Source: a virus | Lineage: Duplodnaviria; Caudoviricetes | IMG/VR virus record: IMGVR_UViG_3300032289_002239 | Span: 1-64,000 of that record | DNA: 64,000 bases | Reading direction: 5' to 3' (one strand) | Shown here: positions 17,113-26,691 of the stretch, piece after piece | Position numbering within the stretch: the stretch's first letter is position 1 | Layout of the letters: each line of letters opens with the position of its first letter | Made by a program: the position numbers and the translations under genes | Notes under the pieces: generated by a model | Told to the model about the DNA's origin: nothing | What the model saw: only the letters and a program-made list of their open reading frames with translations | Database searches by the model: none

Positions 17113-17982
17113 TTACTCTCCTTTAGTAAAAAAATTGTGCAAGCATTGGCTTGCATTAATTCTCACTTGCTCAAGAGTATAATCAACCAAAAGTTGACCA
17201 TTCTCATAAACAGTTACTAACTCATCTCTATTCCAGGGTCTTTCTGGAACAGTCTGATATTCTCCAGCCTCATTTTTGATGAGTTGAAGTCTACCTTTCT
17301 TGGAAGTTTTGCCTGGGTCGGTTACAGGGTCTTTGTAAACATCACGCCATGTTCCGTTTACATTTACCGAACTGCACTTCATTGCGAATTTGAAATCATC
17401 ACGATTTACGTGCTGAAGCAATCCGCCACCTTGACCAAAGGCAATATTATCCGAACTGTATCCATTTGCTTCTAAGACGTGAAGAACCCGGTCAATAGTT
17501 TCATAATTCACGCCATCCCCTTGAATAAGGCGAACGTGATTTAGAACCTTATATCCCTTAGAGTTCAAAGTGCTTCCAAAGTGATTGTCAAGAATTTGAG
17601 CACACTTAAGATTTACTTCTACTGGATTTCCACTGTCAGGACGAATCACGACAATAGCCCCAGATTCAATTACCTGCTCTTTGAGTTCTTCTCCCCAAAG
17701 TTTATCGCAAGCATTATAGATATCATAACTATCACTTACACAAGCAATGATAGCATCAGGTTTTGCATAAAGATTCAGCATATTGCGGTATGCTTCTACT
17801 TCATTTTCCTTGCCCCAGCTCGTGATAACACTATGTTCTGATGCTGGGATACTGTAGCCCGCCATGTCTTCGTGATAAAATTCTTTACCATAAAGAAGTG
17901 CAGCAACAGTATCAGTCCCCTTAAAGTTAACTAGGTGAGCTAGTCCACCAATTCCTGCGGATTCTAAAGAAGATACTCCTCG
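17113..17982 (-). CDS. nadV: Nicotinamide phosphoribosyltransferase exon 2
   Basis: RGVSSLESAGIGGLAHLVNFKGTDT...SIPASEHS...VSDSYD...IRPDSG...QGDG...FGQGG. Confidence 0.93.
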   Translation of the reverse strand, partial: RGVSSLESAGIGGLAHLVNFKGTDTVAALLYGKEFYHEDMAGYSIPASEHSVITSWGKENEVEAYRNMLNLYAKPDAIIACVSDSYDIYNACDKLWGEELKEQVIESGAIVVIRPDSGNPVEVNLKCAQILDNHFGSTLNSKGYKVLNHVRLIQGDGVNYETIDRVLHVLEANGYSSDNIAFGQGGGLLQHVNRDDFKFAMKCSSVNVNGTWRDVYKDPVTDPGKTSKKGRLQLIKNEAGEYQTVPERPWNRDELVTVYENGQLLVDYTLEQVRINASQCLHNFFTKGE

Positions 17983-18900
17983 CGGAGTTATTCAAGTGTG
18001 GTCGCTAAACACACCCCGTTCGTATTCATCAAACACCTTAGAAACCATAGATTCAGAACAATTAAAGTATTTGGCAACTTCTTTCAATGACTTTCCTGAT
18101 TTTCTCATTAAAGCAATTTCTAGTCGTAGCTCTTTATTAAATACTCTTCTTTTTCTGTTGTTTTGTGTTGAACCTAGTTTATTTAAAATATCCCACATAG
18201 TATTTAAAGGAGTATTATACTTTTCGGCAAATTCTTTTACTGTGTAGTCACCCTCATTAAACTCTGTTGTAAGTTTATCAGAATCCCCAACATAAGTTTT
18301 ATTTGCTTTAGAGTATCTAATATTTTCTCCAATTGTTAACCATTCTAGATTTTCAATACGATTATTAAAAGTATTTTCATCTATATGATTTACAGTTAAA
18401 TTTAAATGATTGGGATTGTATTTAAAAGCTATGCAAACGAGTCTATGAATTGAAAATGTTTTACGGACTCTATTTGAATCTGTCAAACCAATTCTTTCAT
18501 AAGCACACCCATTTCCCATTCTTATGAATGGTTTTAAAAATTTATTAGTCTTATGAGAAAAAATTCTTCCATCATCAGAAATTGAATAGCCTCTAAATGT
18601 TTCTAAACTAGGTACGGTTTCTAATAATTTTAACATAAATATTTTATGATTTTGGTCTAGAAGTATTTATGTTGAATACGAACTGCTTTATCTTTCGATA
18701 AAGATTGGACCATATCTTACAGTATTTTTTACTGTCTTTGCGCTTCCACTCGCTTGAGTGTACTCTACTTAGTGTTATTAATAATAACCCTTTCGATGGC
18801 CTCTGAACCTTACTACTAATAGTAGTCTTGGCTGCTGATTTCCATATTGTATAAACAACTTAGGGGTTCCAGCAATTCACAAAGTTAGGTGCCCGAGTTA
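17983..18900 (-). ncRNA. Group I intron (918 nt) in NAMPT
   Basis: P1 GGTGCT|TAACTC-GGGCACC with U.G at the 5' splice site; P (GAATTGCTGGAA), Q (AATCAGCAG), R (GTTCAGAGGCCA), S (AAGATATGGTCC); terminal G; P10 CTCG/CGAG; splicing restores LHDFGARG. Confidence 0.92.
17992..18636 (-). CDS. Intron-encoded HNH homing endonuclease (NUMOD4/HNH + HTH)
   Basis: YSISDDGRI, IHRLVCIAF, VNHIDENTFNNRIENLEW; own ATAAATA promoter inside the intron. Confidence 0.88.
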   Translation of the reverse strand: MLKLLETVPSLETFRGYSISDDGRIFSHKTNKFLKPFIRMGNGCAYERIGLTDSNRVRKTFSIHRLVCIAFKYNPNHLNLTVNHIDENTFNNRIENLEWLTIGENIRYSKANKTYVGDSDKLTTEFNEGDYTVKEFAEKYNTPLNTMWDILNKLGSTQNNRKRRVFNKELRLEIALMRKSGKSLKEVAKYFNCSESMVSKVFDEYERGVFSDHT

Positions 18901-19434
18901 AGCACCGAAATCATGGAGTTTAAAATCAATAAGATTCGGGTCTCCATTGCGAATAAGGTAGTTAAGAATAAGTTTCTTAGAATTATAAGAATTACTCGCA
19001 ACTGTCGTCGGATACCAAACTGCACGAAGTAAAGCAGTCTCTAAGAAACTTGTCAACCAGTAGCAATTTGGGTCGGTATTTTCAATTGTAAGTAAAACAT
19101 TTTTGACAGGAATTACCAATCCTTCTGAAACAGCTTTAATTCTCACAGGGAGATGTCCACCATGCTTTTTGACAATGTATTCCCAACCACCACGGTAGAA
19201 AGGTTCGCCGTGAGCCTGAATAATTGCCCCGGCAATATCAATATCTTCCATTTTAATTGGCTTCATCAGGTAGTCCTTTAGGAACATCTGAAGACCAAAA
19301 AATAGAGTTTCATCATGATTTCCACCACGACTTTCGATATAAGAAAATACACCTTCTGTCTGTGGAGGATATTGATTAAACTGAGAATACTTGTAGGAAT
19401 CCGAATTGAGAATAAGATTTTTGTTTAGGTCCAT
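18901..19434 (-). CDS. nadV: Nicotinamide phosphoribosyltransferase exon 1
   Basis: SDSYKYSQ..QYP, YIESRG, FFGLQ, WYPTTVA, LHDFGA. Confidence 0.93.
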
Positions 19435-19543
19435 TTTAAACTCCTTAAAATGATAGGTTTAATTTCGGCGTCTATCGCCTGATTGTGTTTTTATGACTTT
19501 AACACCTGTCTAGAACTTAGTTCTATGAGTTAGAATGTTTTAA

Positions 19544-19780
19544 TTATACATCATAACAATTGAGTTTTTCATTGTATTGTTCTTGTAGCCATTTGTTAAA
19601 TTTTTCCGGGTCTGTAGTCCTCTTTACATATAATTCATATTCTTTTTTATACACATGCTCAAGTTCAAGTTTAAGTTTATCATCTGAAATTTTATGAAAA
19701 AACTTTATTTCTTCTAGGACATTATCATTAATTTGAATATTTTTTTCTTTCCACTCTTCATAAGAAAGTAATTGCGTCAT
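19544..19780 (-). CDS. Hypothetical protein
   Basis: 78-aa ORF on the coding strand. Confidence 0.5.
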   Translation of the reverse strand: MTQLLSYEEWKEKNIQINDNVLEEIKFFHKISDDKLKLELEHVYKKEYELYVKRTTDPEKFNKWLQEQYNEKLNCYDV

Positions 19781-19801
19781 GATTTTATATTAAATAATGG
19801 G

Positions 19802-20323
19802 TTAAGGTTGATATTCTACGACTGTGACAGTAGCATATTTTGAAACATCTTCTGAGAACTTTTCAATCATCTTGGAAATTCTACTCCAATCACCACCAGC
19901 AAGTCCAGCGCCAATTTGAGGGAAACCATAGTGAGGTCGTTTAGTTGGAGTTACAAAACCCTCTTTAGGAGTATGACTTTGGATGATAATTTCTGCAGTA
20001 TAATTTAAAAACCGTTGAAAGGCATCATACTCAAACACATCTTTTCCGTGACTCCAATAATACTGAGTATAGGCATTTTTAACAACAAATATATGATTTG
20101 TTGTTAATGATTTAACAACCACTTGAGTACTTGTTCCTAATTTACTTGCATCAGCAAATTCAGATTGTCTATCAGTTTCTTTTACTATGGGATACCGGTC
20201 TGCGAGTTGTTTTGCAATACCACCACCCATAGCGTGAAAGCAATTGCACCCATGAATGATAACATCAAACATACCTTCTTCAGCAAGTTTGATTAAGTCT
20301 CCTTTAATGGTTTTCATCATCAA
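19802..20323 (-). CDS. Macrodomain ADP-ribose hydrolase
   Basis: KGDL, HGCNCFHAMGGGIA, PQIGAGLAGGDW. Confidence 0.88.
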   Translation of the reverse strand: MMMKTIKGDLIKLAEEGMFDVIIHGCNCFHAMGGGIAKQLADRYPIVKETDRQSEFADASKLGTSTQVVVKSLTTNHIFVVKNAYTQYYWSHGKDVFEYDAFQRFLNYTAEIIIQSHTPKEGFVTPTKRPHYGFPQIGAGLAGGDWSRISKMIEKFSEDVSKYATVTVVEYQP

Positions 20324-20850
20324 AACAATACAAGTTCAGGTTTTTCTACTAAATCTTCACGAAGAGCAGTTAGAACTTGACCCAACCAATTAGTTCCTTT
20401 CCAATTTTTAGGGTCTTCAATTTCTTTTTCATAACCACCCATACCTACACCCCAAACAGTATCTGTTGGAGATGCTTCAACCAAATAATGGTCTTTGGTA
20501 GACATCAGATACTCATACGCATCTTTGTTTTGAGTAAACTTATAATAACACCCCTCATAAACAATTTGCCTTGCGTGAGTGTCCCAGACTTCTTTATCAA
20601 ATCCTTTAACCTTACGACCTAGAGCCTTTTGGTCTCCAGGAAAAGTTTTTTCAAGAACTTTTTTAGCAATATCAAGGTCATTGAATAATAGTGCCTTTTT
20701 CTCCATCATATATTGCTCTGAGCAATTATAAGGAGTTCCAGTTCTAGTATCTACAAATGGAGTATCCGCCCAGTTGGATAGAAATCCACTGTAGAAAAAT
20801 ACATATTGATTATACTTCTCTAAGAAGTTTTGTTCTTTAAACTGTAACAT
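20320..20850 (-). CDS. NADAR family protein
   Basis: FLSNW, SEQYMM.KKA.LF.D, KALGRKV, KFTQN, LVEASP.D.VWG, NWLG. Confidence 0.92.
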   Translation of the reverse strand: MLQFKEQNFLEKYNQYVFFYSGFLSNWADTPFVDTRTGTPYNCSEQYMMEKKALLFNDLDIAKKVLEKTFPGDQKALGRKVKGFDKEVWDTHARQIVYEGCYYKFTQNKDAYEYLMSTKDHYLVEASPTDTVWGVGMGGYEKEIEDPKNWKGTNWLGQVLTALREDLVEKPELVLF

Positions 20851-20859
20851 AAGTTTACC

Positions 20860-21915
20860 TCATATAAAGTAGCGAATAATTTGATAATGGTCTTCAAAGC
20901 ACTCTCTTGGGTCAAGTTCAGAAAAAGGAATCCAGAATGCCTTATCAGCATCAGAACCACCTTTTACTCTTGGAAGTTCTCCATCAGGAAGAACAACATT
21001 GAATGCGTGGGTGATTGTTCTACCACGACTGCTTCGGTGAATTGAATCAAAAACGTGATTGTTTCTGATTGAACCACGAAGAACCGGAGAAGGAACCTTA
21101 AGACCAGTTTCTTCTCGGAGTTCTCGTATCATAGCATCTTCTAGAGAGGCGTCGCTGTTTGCATCCAAGAATCCACCCGGAAGCGCAATCAGACCTTTAC
21201 CGGGATAAGCATTTCTACGCACCACCAGAACATGGCCAGACTGAAAAACTACAGAATCTACTGTAACAAAAGTCGGAGGCCAAGGCAATGATGCATATTG
21301 AGACTTATACTTTTCAATAAATCTCCGCTCATTGACAATGTGGTTGTGCCACTCAGTACTCTTCATATTATCAAGATAATTAAAGATTTCCTTTGGAACA
21401 ACACTTTTCACAAAGTCCATATTTGGTTCTTCTACAAAGTATAATTCCCTAATTTGAGTTGCACTTAGATTTTGTTCAAGAGGAACCTCAATCAGCTCCC
21501 ATTGAGGAAACATTTTCAGGTAATAAGATGTTTCGTCTTTATCGCAACCAATGATGCCAATTTTACTATGAGATTCAAGAGTTTCGGTACAATACTTTAC
21601 TTTTTCTTGAACAGCATCACACCACTTGGCATCGCCGTAAATATCTTCTTGAATTTCGATTTCTAAGTCCTTTTCTTCTGTTTGAGAATTAAAAGAACCC
21701 AAAATGGTCTGTCGAAGTGCAGACCAGTAGCTATTAGTAGTTAGATGTTCTAACGATATCTGAAGTGGATTTTTGTAGGTTACTGGTTTGTGTTGAGAAC
21801 CAATAATCATAATAAGATTATCAGTCAACTCATATGCTCTTTTTACAATTTCAAGGTGAGCATTATGAAATGGCTGAAATCTTCCAATAAAAACAATCCC
21901 GTCGTATTTTTTCAT
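20860..21915 (-). CDS. nadM: Bifunctional NMN adenylyltransferase / Nudix ADP-ribose pyrophosphatase (NadM-Nudix)
   Basis: IGRFQPFHNAH, SATQIR, Nudix box LPGGF...IRELREETG, FEDH. Confidence 0.93.
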   Translation of the reverse strand: MKKYDGIVFIGRFQPFHNAHLEIVKRAYELTDNLIMIIGSQHKPVTYKNPLQISLEHLTTNSYWSALRQTILGSFNSQTEEKDLEIEIQEDIYGDAKWCDAVQEKVKYCTETLESHSKIGIIGCDKDETSYYLKMFPQWELIEVPLEQNLSATQIRELYFVEEPNMDFVKSVVPKEIFNYLDNMKSTEWHNHIVNERRFIEKYKSQYASLPWPPTFVTVDSVVFQSGHVLVVRRNAYPGKGLIALPGGFLDANSDASLEDAMIRELREETGLKVPSPVLRGSIRNNHVFDSIHRSSRGRTITHAFNVVLPDGELPRVKGGSDADKAFWIPFSELDPRECFEDHYQIIRYFI

Positions 21916-22175
21916 GATTCTAAACTCCTTAGAATTTTAAGTTTGGTGTGGTCTATCCCACATCCACAATATATAGTACAGATGATGGATATTGTAATTT
22001 AAATGCACCAGCTTTCAAACTGGCTCATTTTTATACACTTCTAATTTAATCCAATTAATCAAAGCATTTAGCTCTATTTGCTTTTCTTGAGGTAAGTCAA
22101 ACTTTTTATTGTAGACATAAAACTCTAATGCCTCAATAGCAAGTTTTCGGTCTTGTTGTGAAATAAGTGACATGA

Positions 22176-22601
22176 TTAGTTCTCCCAATTTTCGTAAAAA
22201 AATCCATCATTAGTTGAATAATGTATGTTATAAATTCCGTGGCGAATCAAAAAAGCAGAGCAGATAGCGCAAGGCCTCGATTTTCTAAGCTCTTTTCCTC
22301 CGTGACCACCCACCCGACAAACAACAATAGTATCAGCCGGTTCACCTTTTGATTTGATAATACTCAGTATTTCAGAATGGAGATACTGTTTAAGTTCATA
22401 CTCTTTCCCATAAAGCCTGGCAGTCCTTTCGGCCGCCCATTTTTGTATAGGGTGTGTCTTAGTATAACTGTTAGTTGCGGCCGAAACGATTTTATTTCGT
22501 TTAAGCAAGATTGCTCCCATCTTTTTAGGAGAATCAGATGCCATGGCAACTGCAATAGCCTGTTGGATAATGCTATTTTTTAGGTTACTTCTTTGAATCA
22601 C
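22176..22601 (-). CDS. Cytidine/dCMP deaminase-fold protein
   Basis: HSE and PCAIC zinc ligands. Confidence 0.7.
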   Translation of the reverse strand: MIQRSNLKNSIIQQAIAVAMASDSPKKMGAILLKRNKIVSAATNSYTKTHPIQKWAAERTARLYGKEYELKQYLHSEILSIIKSKGEPADTIVVCRVGGHGGKELRKSRPCAICSAFLIRHGIYNIHYSTNDGFFYENWEN

Positions 22602-22804
22602 GATTTACCATTCAAAACATAATAAAAATAATCCCGAGTAACCGGGTCATACGAATTCATAAGTTGCCCCCAATATTGAAAGGGTAGCCAGATTTTTGAG
22701 ATTTTGGAGCGTAACTCAGACATAATACAAAATGCAATGAATCCTAACAATAGCACAAAAAATAAGTAGTCGTGAAATTGGTGGACAGTTTGCTTTTTGG
22801 CCAT
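22598..22804 (-). CDS. Small membrane protein
   Basis: Single hydrophobic segment. Confidence 0.4.
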   Translation of the reverse strand: MAKKQTVHQFHDYLFFVLLLGFIAFCIMSELRSKISKIWLPFQYWGQLMNSYDPVTRDYFYYVLNGKS

Positions 22805-22888
22805 TAGAGTAAAACTATAAGTGGGATAATAAGTGTTAAAAACCCAATAATTGCTCCAGACACCTCATTTAGTGCCTGGAGCATAGTA

Positions 22889-23215
22889 CTATCGTTTTCC
22901 ATTTTGCCAGTTAATAATATCAGAGAGTCTTTCTGTTGTAAAGAAATGTTGTTTTAAATACCAGTCCGACCAAAATTGATGGCCCTTAGAATGATTACAT
23001 TCTTCACATGCACAAACAATATTAGTAATTCGATCAGAACCTCCTTTTATTCTAGGGGTTATGTGATCTAATGTCAAGTTATCAGAAGAGCCGCAATACG
23101 CACATTCATAATTCCAATATTCTTTGATTGAGTCTTTCCATTTTTTTCGTGCTTCTGAACTGGTTGTTGCCTCTAAATTAAACATTAAATCTTGGGATGT
23201 TTGATACAGCCGCAT
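22889..23215 (-). CDS. HNH endonuclease (McrA-like)
   Basis: CAYCG..LTLDHITP..KGG...NIVCACEECNHSKG. Confidence 0.85.
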   Translation of the reverse strand: MRLYQTSQDLMFNLEATTSSEARKKWKDSIKEYWNYECAYCGSSDNLTLDHITPRIKGGSDRITNIVCACEECNHSKGHQFWSDWYLKQHFFTTERLSDIINWQNGKR

Positions 23216-23276
23216 CGAAAATTAGCAGACCTAAATTATTTAGAAAAAAACCTAAATAATTAAAAGAGGTTTCCAA

Positions 23277-23531
23277 ATGGACAACCGCAAAAAAACACTA
23301 ACTAATTTAATTTTTATAATCTGCATATCGATAATAACCTTTACCGGTATAAATTTTATATCGTGTAATTTTTTAATACCTGGCTCCATTAATAACGCCA
23401 ACGTAAATGGGAACCTTAAAAACCCGCCTCCTTTGGATTGTAAAGAGTCCGAAAGAAGAGGATATGAAGCAATCCTCACTTTACTAACAACAATCATTGC
23501 ACTAAAAACAAAAATGGAGGATGATGAATAA
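23277..23531 (+). CDS. Small two-TM membrane protein
   Basis: Two hydrophobic segments; CTAAATA upstream. Confidence 0.55.
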   Translation: MDNRKKTLTNLIFIICISIITFTGINFISCNFLIPGSINNANVNGNLKNPPPLDCKESERRGYEAILTLLTTIIALKTKMEDDE

Positions 23532-23630
23532 TGCCAAGAGAATTTGATACTGATACTGTTGTATTTTCGGTATAAGAAGAAATACCAATATTTAATTTTC
23601 TTTGCCGTTTGCTAATATATTCTGACATGT

Positions 23631-23960
23631 TTAGTTAAGAGTTTCTAAAATACTAAAAGTATATTCTAAATTACTTCCACTTGTTCCAGAAAGCTCTAAA
23701 CTTTCTCCACTTAATACAAAAAGTTTACCGGTAAGTAATTTAATCACATCTTCGGAAGGAACAGGTGAATTTGGAACTAATCTAATTGTTTCTGGTGATT
23801 TTACATAAGAAAATAAAACTTGTTCAGTGTTGTTTCCGGTATTTGCAACCTGGGCCAGAAGAATAACCCCAGTATAACCAATAGGAGCAGTATAAACTGT
23901 TTCTGGGCTAGTAGACGTAATGCCAGTAAGTGTCTTGTATACGTTTAAGGGTAATGCCAT
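23631..23960 (-). CDS. Putative virion structural protein
   Basis: VYTAP.GYTGVILLAQVAN; coupled to the tail gene. Confidence 0.6.
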   Translation of the reverse strand: MALPLNVYKTLTGITSTSPETVYTAPIGYTGVILLAQVANTGNNTEQVLFSYVKSPETIRLVPNSPVPSEDVIKLLTGKLFVLSGESLELSGTSGSNLEYTFSILETLN

Positions 23961-26305
23961 TAGTCTCCTCCTAGGGCTAAAATATACGGAGTCATTGTAG
24001 AAAATAAACTTTTAGAATAAGACCTTCCAGAAATATCCCCGGTCTGTTGATTAATAACAACTCCATCACCAATTCTAAAGTTTCCTGTTTGGTCTGTAGT
24101 TGTAAATACAACCAAACCTCCATTTATTGCATTTGTTTCATTTTCTTGGATTGGAACTCCACCTAAATTTGGAAGAGCCTTTGAAATATCAGTACCAGAA
24201 CCAATATATTCTAAAGAATGTCCAGAAGCCAGGACCCTACTTTGTTTATAAAAATAAACCTTAGTACCGGCCTGAATACCATAAGGAACAACATCACTTA
24301 AAGTTATAGTAGAGATCCCAGAAGAAATAACAGTCGAGCTACTTACCGAGTGATATGTAGGGACCATTTCAATAAATACTACTGCAGTATTTATTCCAAC
24401 ATTTGGTGACCCGATTGTAATTCTAGGGATTGATGTATATCCTCTCCCACTTGATACTATTTCAATATTTGAAATTTTTCCACCTCTTACTTCAGCAACA
24501 GCCGAGGCAGGAATACCCCAAGATGTTAATGGTGGATCGATTGTAATTATTGGGGGTGAAGTATAACCGTCTCCAGGATTAACAATAGAAATTTTATTTA
24601 ATGTAGAATAAAGAGTATCAAAATAAACAACCTGCCCATCAAAAGGTTTTGGAACATTAAGTCTTACAGTTCCCCCCGAATTATAGGTATGAGAAAGAGT
24701 AGAAATACCTACATAAGTCGTAAACACAGTACTTGCCATAGACACGGAAGGAATTCCATTGAGATTTCCTACATTAAGAGTTGTCGTAACAATTCCTACT
24801 AGATTATCAATAAAAGTTTGAACATTTGAGCAGGAATTTATAGAAGTATTAATTCCTGTTAATGGATCTGGAGCTATTGAAAGATCTTTATTTGTGAGGT
24901 TATTTGTTATAGCAAGTTTCATTAGGTCCCTTGCGGCCTGAAACGCCACAATTGTTTGGGGGACCTCTCCCGATACACCGTTAATCAATAGATTACCATT
25001 GATATCAAAGTATGCCTTTGTGGCATCAATTGAATTTTTATTCGTAAAATCTCTTACGTCTAAAGAAACTGCGTCTACAATATAACCAATATCTCTTTTA
25101 CATTTTTCTGGGCTAGGATTAAATGCTGTTCCAATTGAGACATATGAGGTGTCAATAATTTCTTGACGATTTAATTGAATTAAGTTATAAGCATCAACAT
25201 ATCTCCCAGGAGCAACGGTTAATGTATTAAATACATATCCCTTGTTTCCTGAAGGATACGTAACAATTCCAGGACCAGAAGAGCAAGTAAATGCAAGTCC
25301 ACTAAGACTAACTCCCATACCAACAGAAAAACTATGTGGCGTAGAAGTATAAGCCGTTAAAATTCCAGTGGTATTATTGTAAAATGCATTTATAATGTTT
25401 AATTCTGGTTGACTAAATTGAACCGAAAATGTATCAAAATTTGATGAGGCTGATGTTGTAGCAACACCAACACACTGAAGACTACTTACACCATCTGAAA
25501 CCAGACCAAAGTTACCAAAGGATGAGTTAGAGTTTGTTAAATCACAGGCTCCACCACTTCCACAATAAACTGCAATATCATTACAAATAGTAAAAAGAGA
25601 TACTAGTTGAGCATAACCAGAATTTGTAATAGATACACCAATTCCACCTTGATTATACTGAGTATAAGAATCAAGAACCATTGATTTAGTTGGCCCTATT
25701 GCGTATTTACCATCTATTTTTAGTCCAATGCTGCCAGGTACAAAATTAGTGCAATTTTGAATGTACGGAGACTGGTCAATATATCTTACAGCAACCGGAT
25801 CAAATGAAAAAATTGCAGCACCTGAAGTCAATACACCAACAAAAGAAATTTCTGCCACATAATTTCCATTACCCACATAAAATAGATTCCCAGGGTTTTG
25901 TCCAGAAATAGAAACTTCTCTTAAAGAACTACCGACAATACTTACTTGATCTGGTAAAGTGACCGGATTATTAATTGTATAATTTCCAGGAGAAACACGA
26001 ATAACTGTACTTGCAGAAGCAATCCCAACTGCAGCATCAATTGTTAATTTTGCTTCTTGTATACTCCTTCCACTATTTGAATCATTTCCATTTTTTGAGA
26101 CATAAACTAAATTTATTTCATCGGGGAAAAAATTAGGTCTAGTTACAGGAATAAATGTTCCTGTTGCCGCATTATAAGATACCAGATCCTTATCTTGAAC
26201 TCCGATCATATTGACATCGACAAGTTCAATGAACTTACGAGGCAAATTTAATCCTACTATATTATATTTTTGCTGAGAGCCTAATTTTACTATGTATTCA
26301 CTCAT
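23960..26305 (-). CDS. Tail fibre / virion structural protein
   Basis: YVSKNGNDSNSG, SPYIQNCT beta-helix block, KCKRDIGYIVDAV, GY.S.P.ITI repeats, TDQTGNFRIG. Confidence 0.75.
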   Translation of the reverse strand: MSEYIVKLGSQQKYNIVGLNLPRKFIELVDVNMIGVQDKDLVSYNAATGTFIPVTRPNFFPDEINLVYVSKNGNDSNSGRSIQEAKLTIDAAVGIASASTVIRVSPGNYTINNPVTLPDQVSIVGSSLREVSISGQNPGNLFYVGNGNYVAEISFVGVLTSGAAIFSFDPVAVRYIDQSPYIQNCTNFVPGSIGLKIDGKYAIGPTKSMVLDSYTQYNQGGIGVSITNSGYAQLVSLFTICNDIAVYCGSGGACDLTNSNSSFGNFGLVSDGVSSLQCVGVATTSASSNFDTFSVQFSQPELNIINAFYNNTTGILTAYTSTPHSFSVGMGVSLSGLAFTCSSGPGIVTYPSGNKGYVFNTLTVAPGRYVDAYNLIQLNRQEIIDTSYVSIGTAFNPSPEKCKRDIGYIVDAVSLDVRDFTNKNSIDATKAYFDINGNLLINGVSGEVPQTIVAFQAARDLMKLAITNNLTNKDLSIAPDPLTGINTSINSCSNVQTFIDNLVGIVTTTLNVGNLNGIPSVSMASTVFTTYVGISTLSHTYNSGGTVRLNVPKPFDGQVVYFDTLYSTLNKISIVNPGDGYTSPPIITIDPPLTSWGIPASAVAEVRGGKISNIEIVSSGRGYTSIPRITIGSPNVGINTAVVFIEMVPTYHSVSSSTVISSGISTITLSDVVPYGIQAGTKVYFYKQSRVLASGHSLEYIGSGTDISKALPNLGGVPIQENETNAINGGLVVFTTTDQTGNFRIGDGVVINQQTGDISGRSYSKSLFSTMTPYILALGGD

Positions 26306-26646
26306 AATGATGCGGTTTCTCCAACGATAATTGTTCCTTTTACAAATTTTTTAGTTGTAGTATCCGCGAACCCATAAGTTAAGACAATATCAAAGTAACA
26401 ACGACCTGACGGAAGCTGAGTCGTCATTGTTGATGCCATCGAAATATTGACATCATTTGTTTGACCATTAAGAGTAAGTTGAAGGGGATAAGATACTGGT
26501 GATGTTGGATATTTACGAATTTTAGCGACTCCAGTAAAACTTGAATTAATTCCTAAAGCAGTTCCGTCTTGATTATAAATCTTAAATGTTTCTTCAAAGT
26601 CCGTTCCCTTTTCAATTGTAAGACTATTGATTTCGTAGACGGCCAT
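26302..26646 (-). CDS. Putative virion/baseplate-associated protein
   Basis: LTIEKGTDF...GRCYFDIVL...KGTIIV. Confidence 0.6.
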   Translation of the reverse strand: MAVYEINSLTIEKGTDFEETFKIYNQDGTALGINSSFTGVAKIRKYPTSPVSYPLQLTLNGQTNDVNISMASTMTTQLPSGRCYFDIVLTYGFADTTTKKFVKGTIIVGETASL

Positions 26647-26691
26647 TGATACTTATTTAAAATCTTTATATATTTATGTTTTTAAAAATAA

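Noticed and set aside
18898-18900. Stop-codon read-through or alternative genetic code to explain the broken NAMPT and gp41
   Set aside because: Fully explained by a group I intron and a split intein; other core genes are intact in the standard code.
19482-19502. GT-N7-AC NrtR-like operator upstream of NAMPT
   Set aside because: Motif too degenerate in AT-rich DNA, and no matching site seen before nadM.
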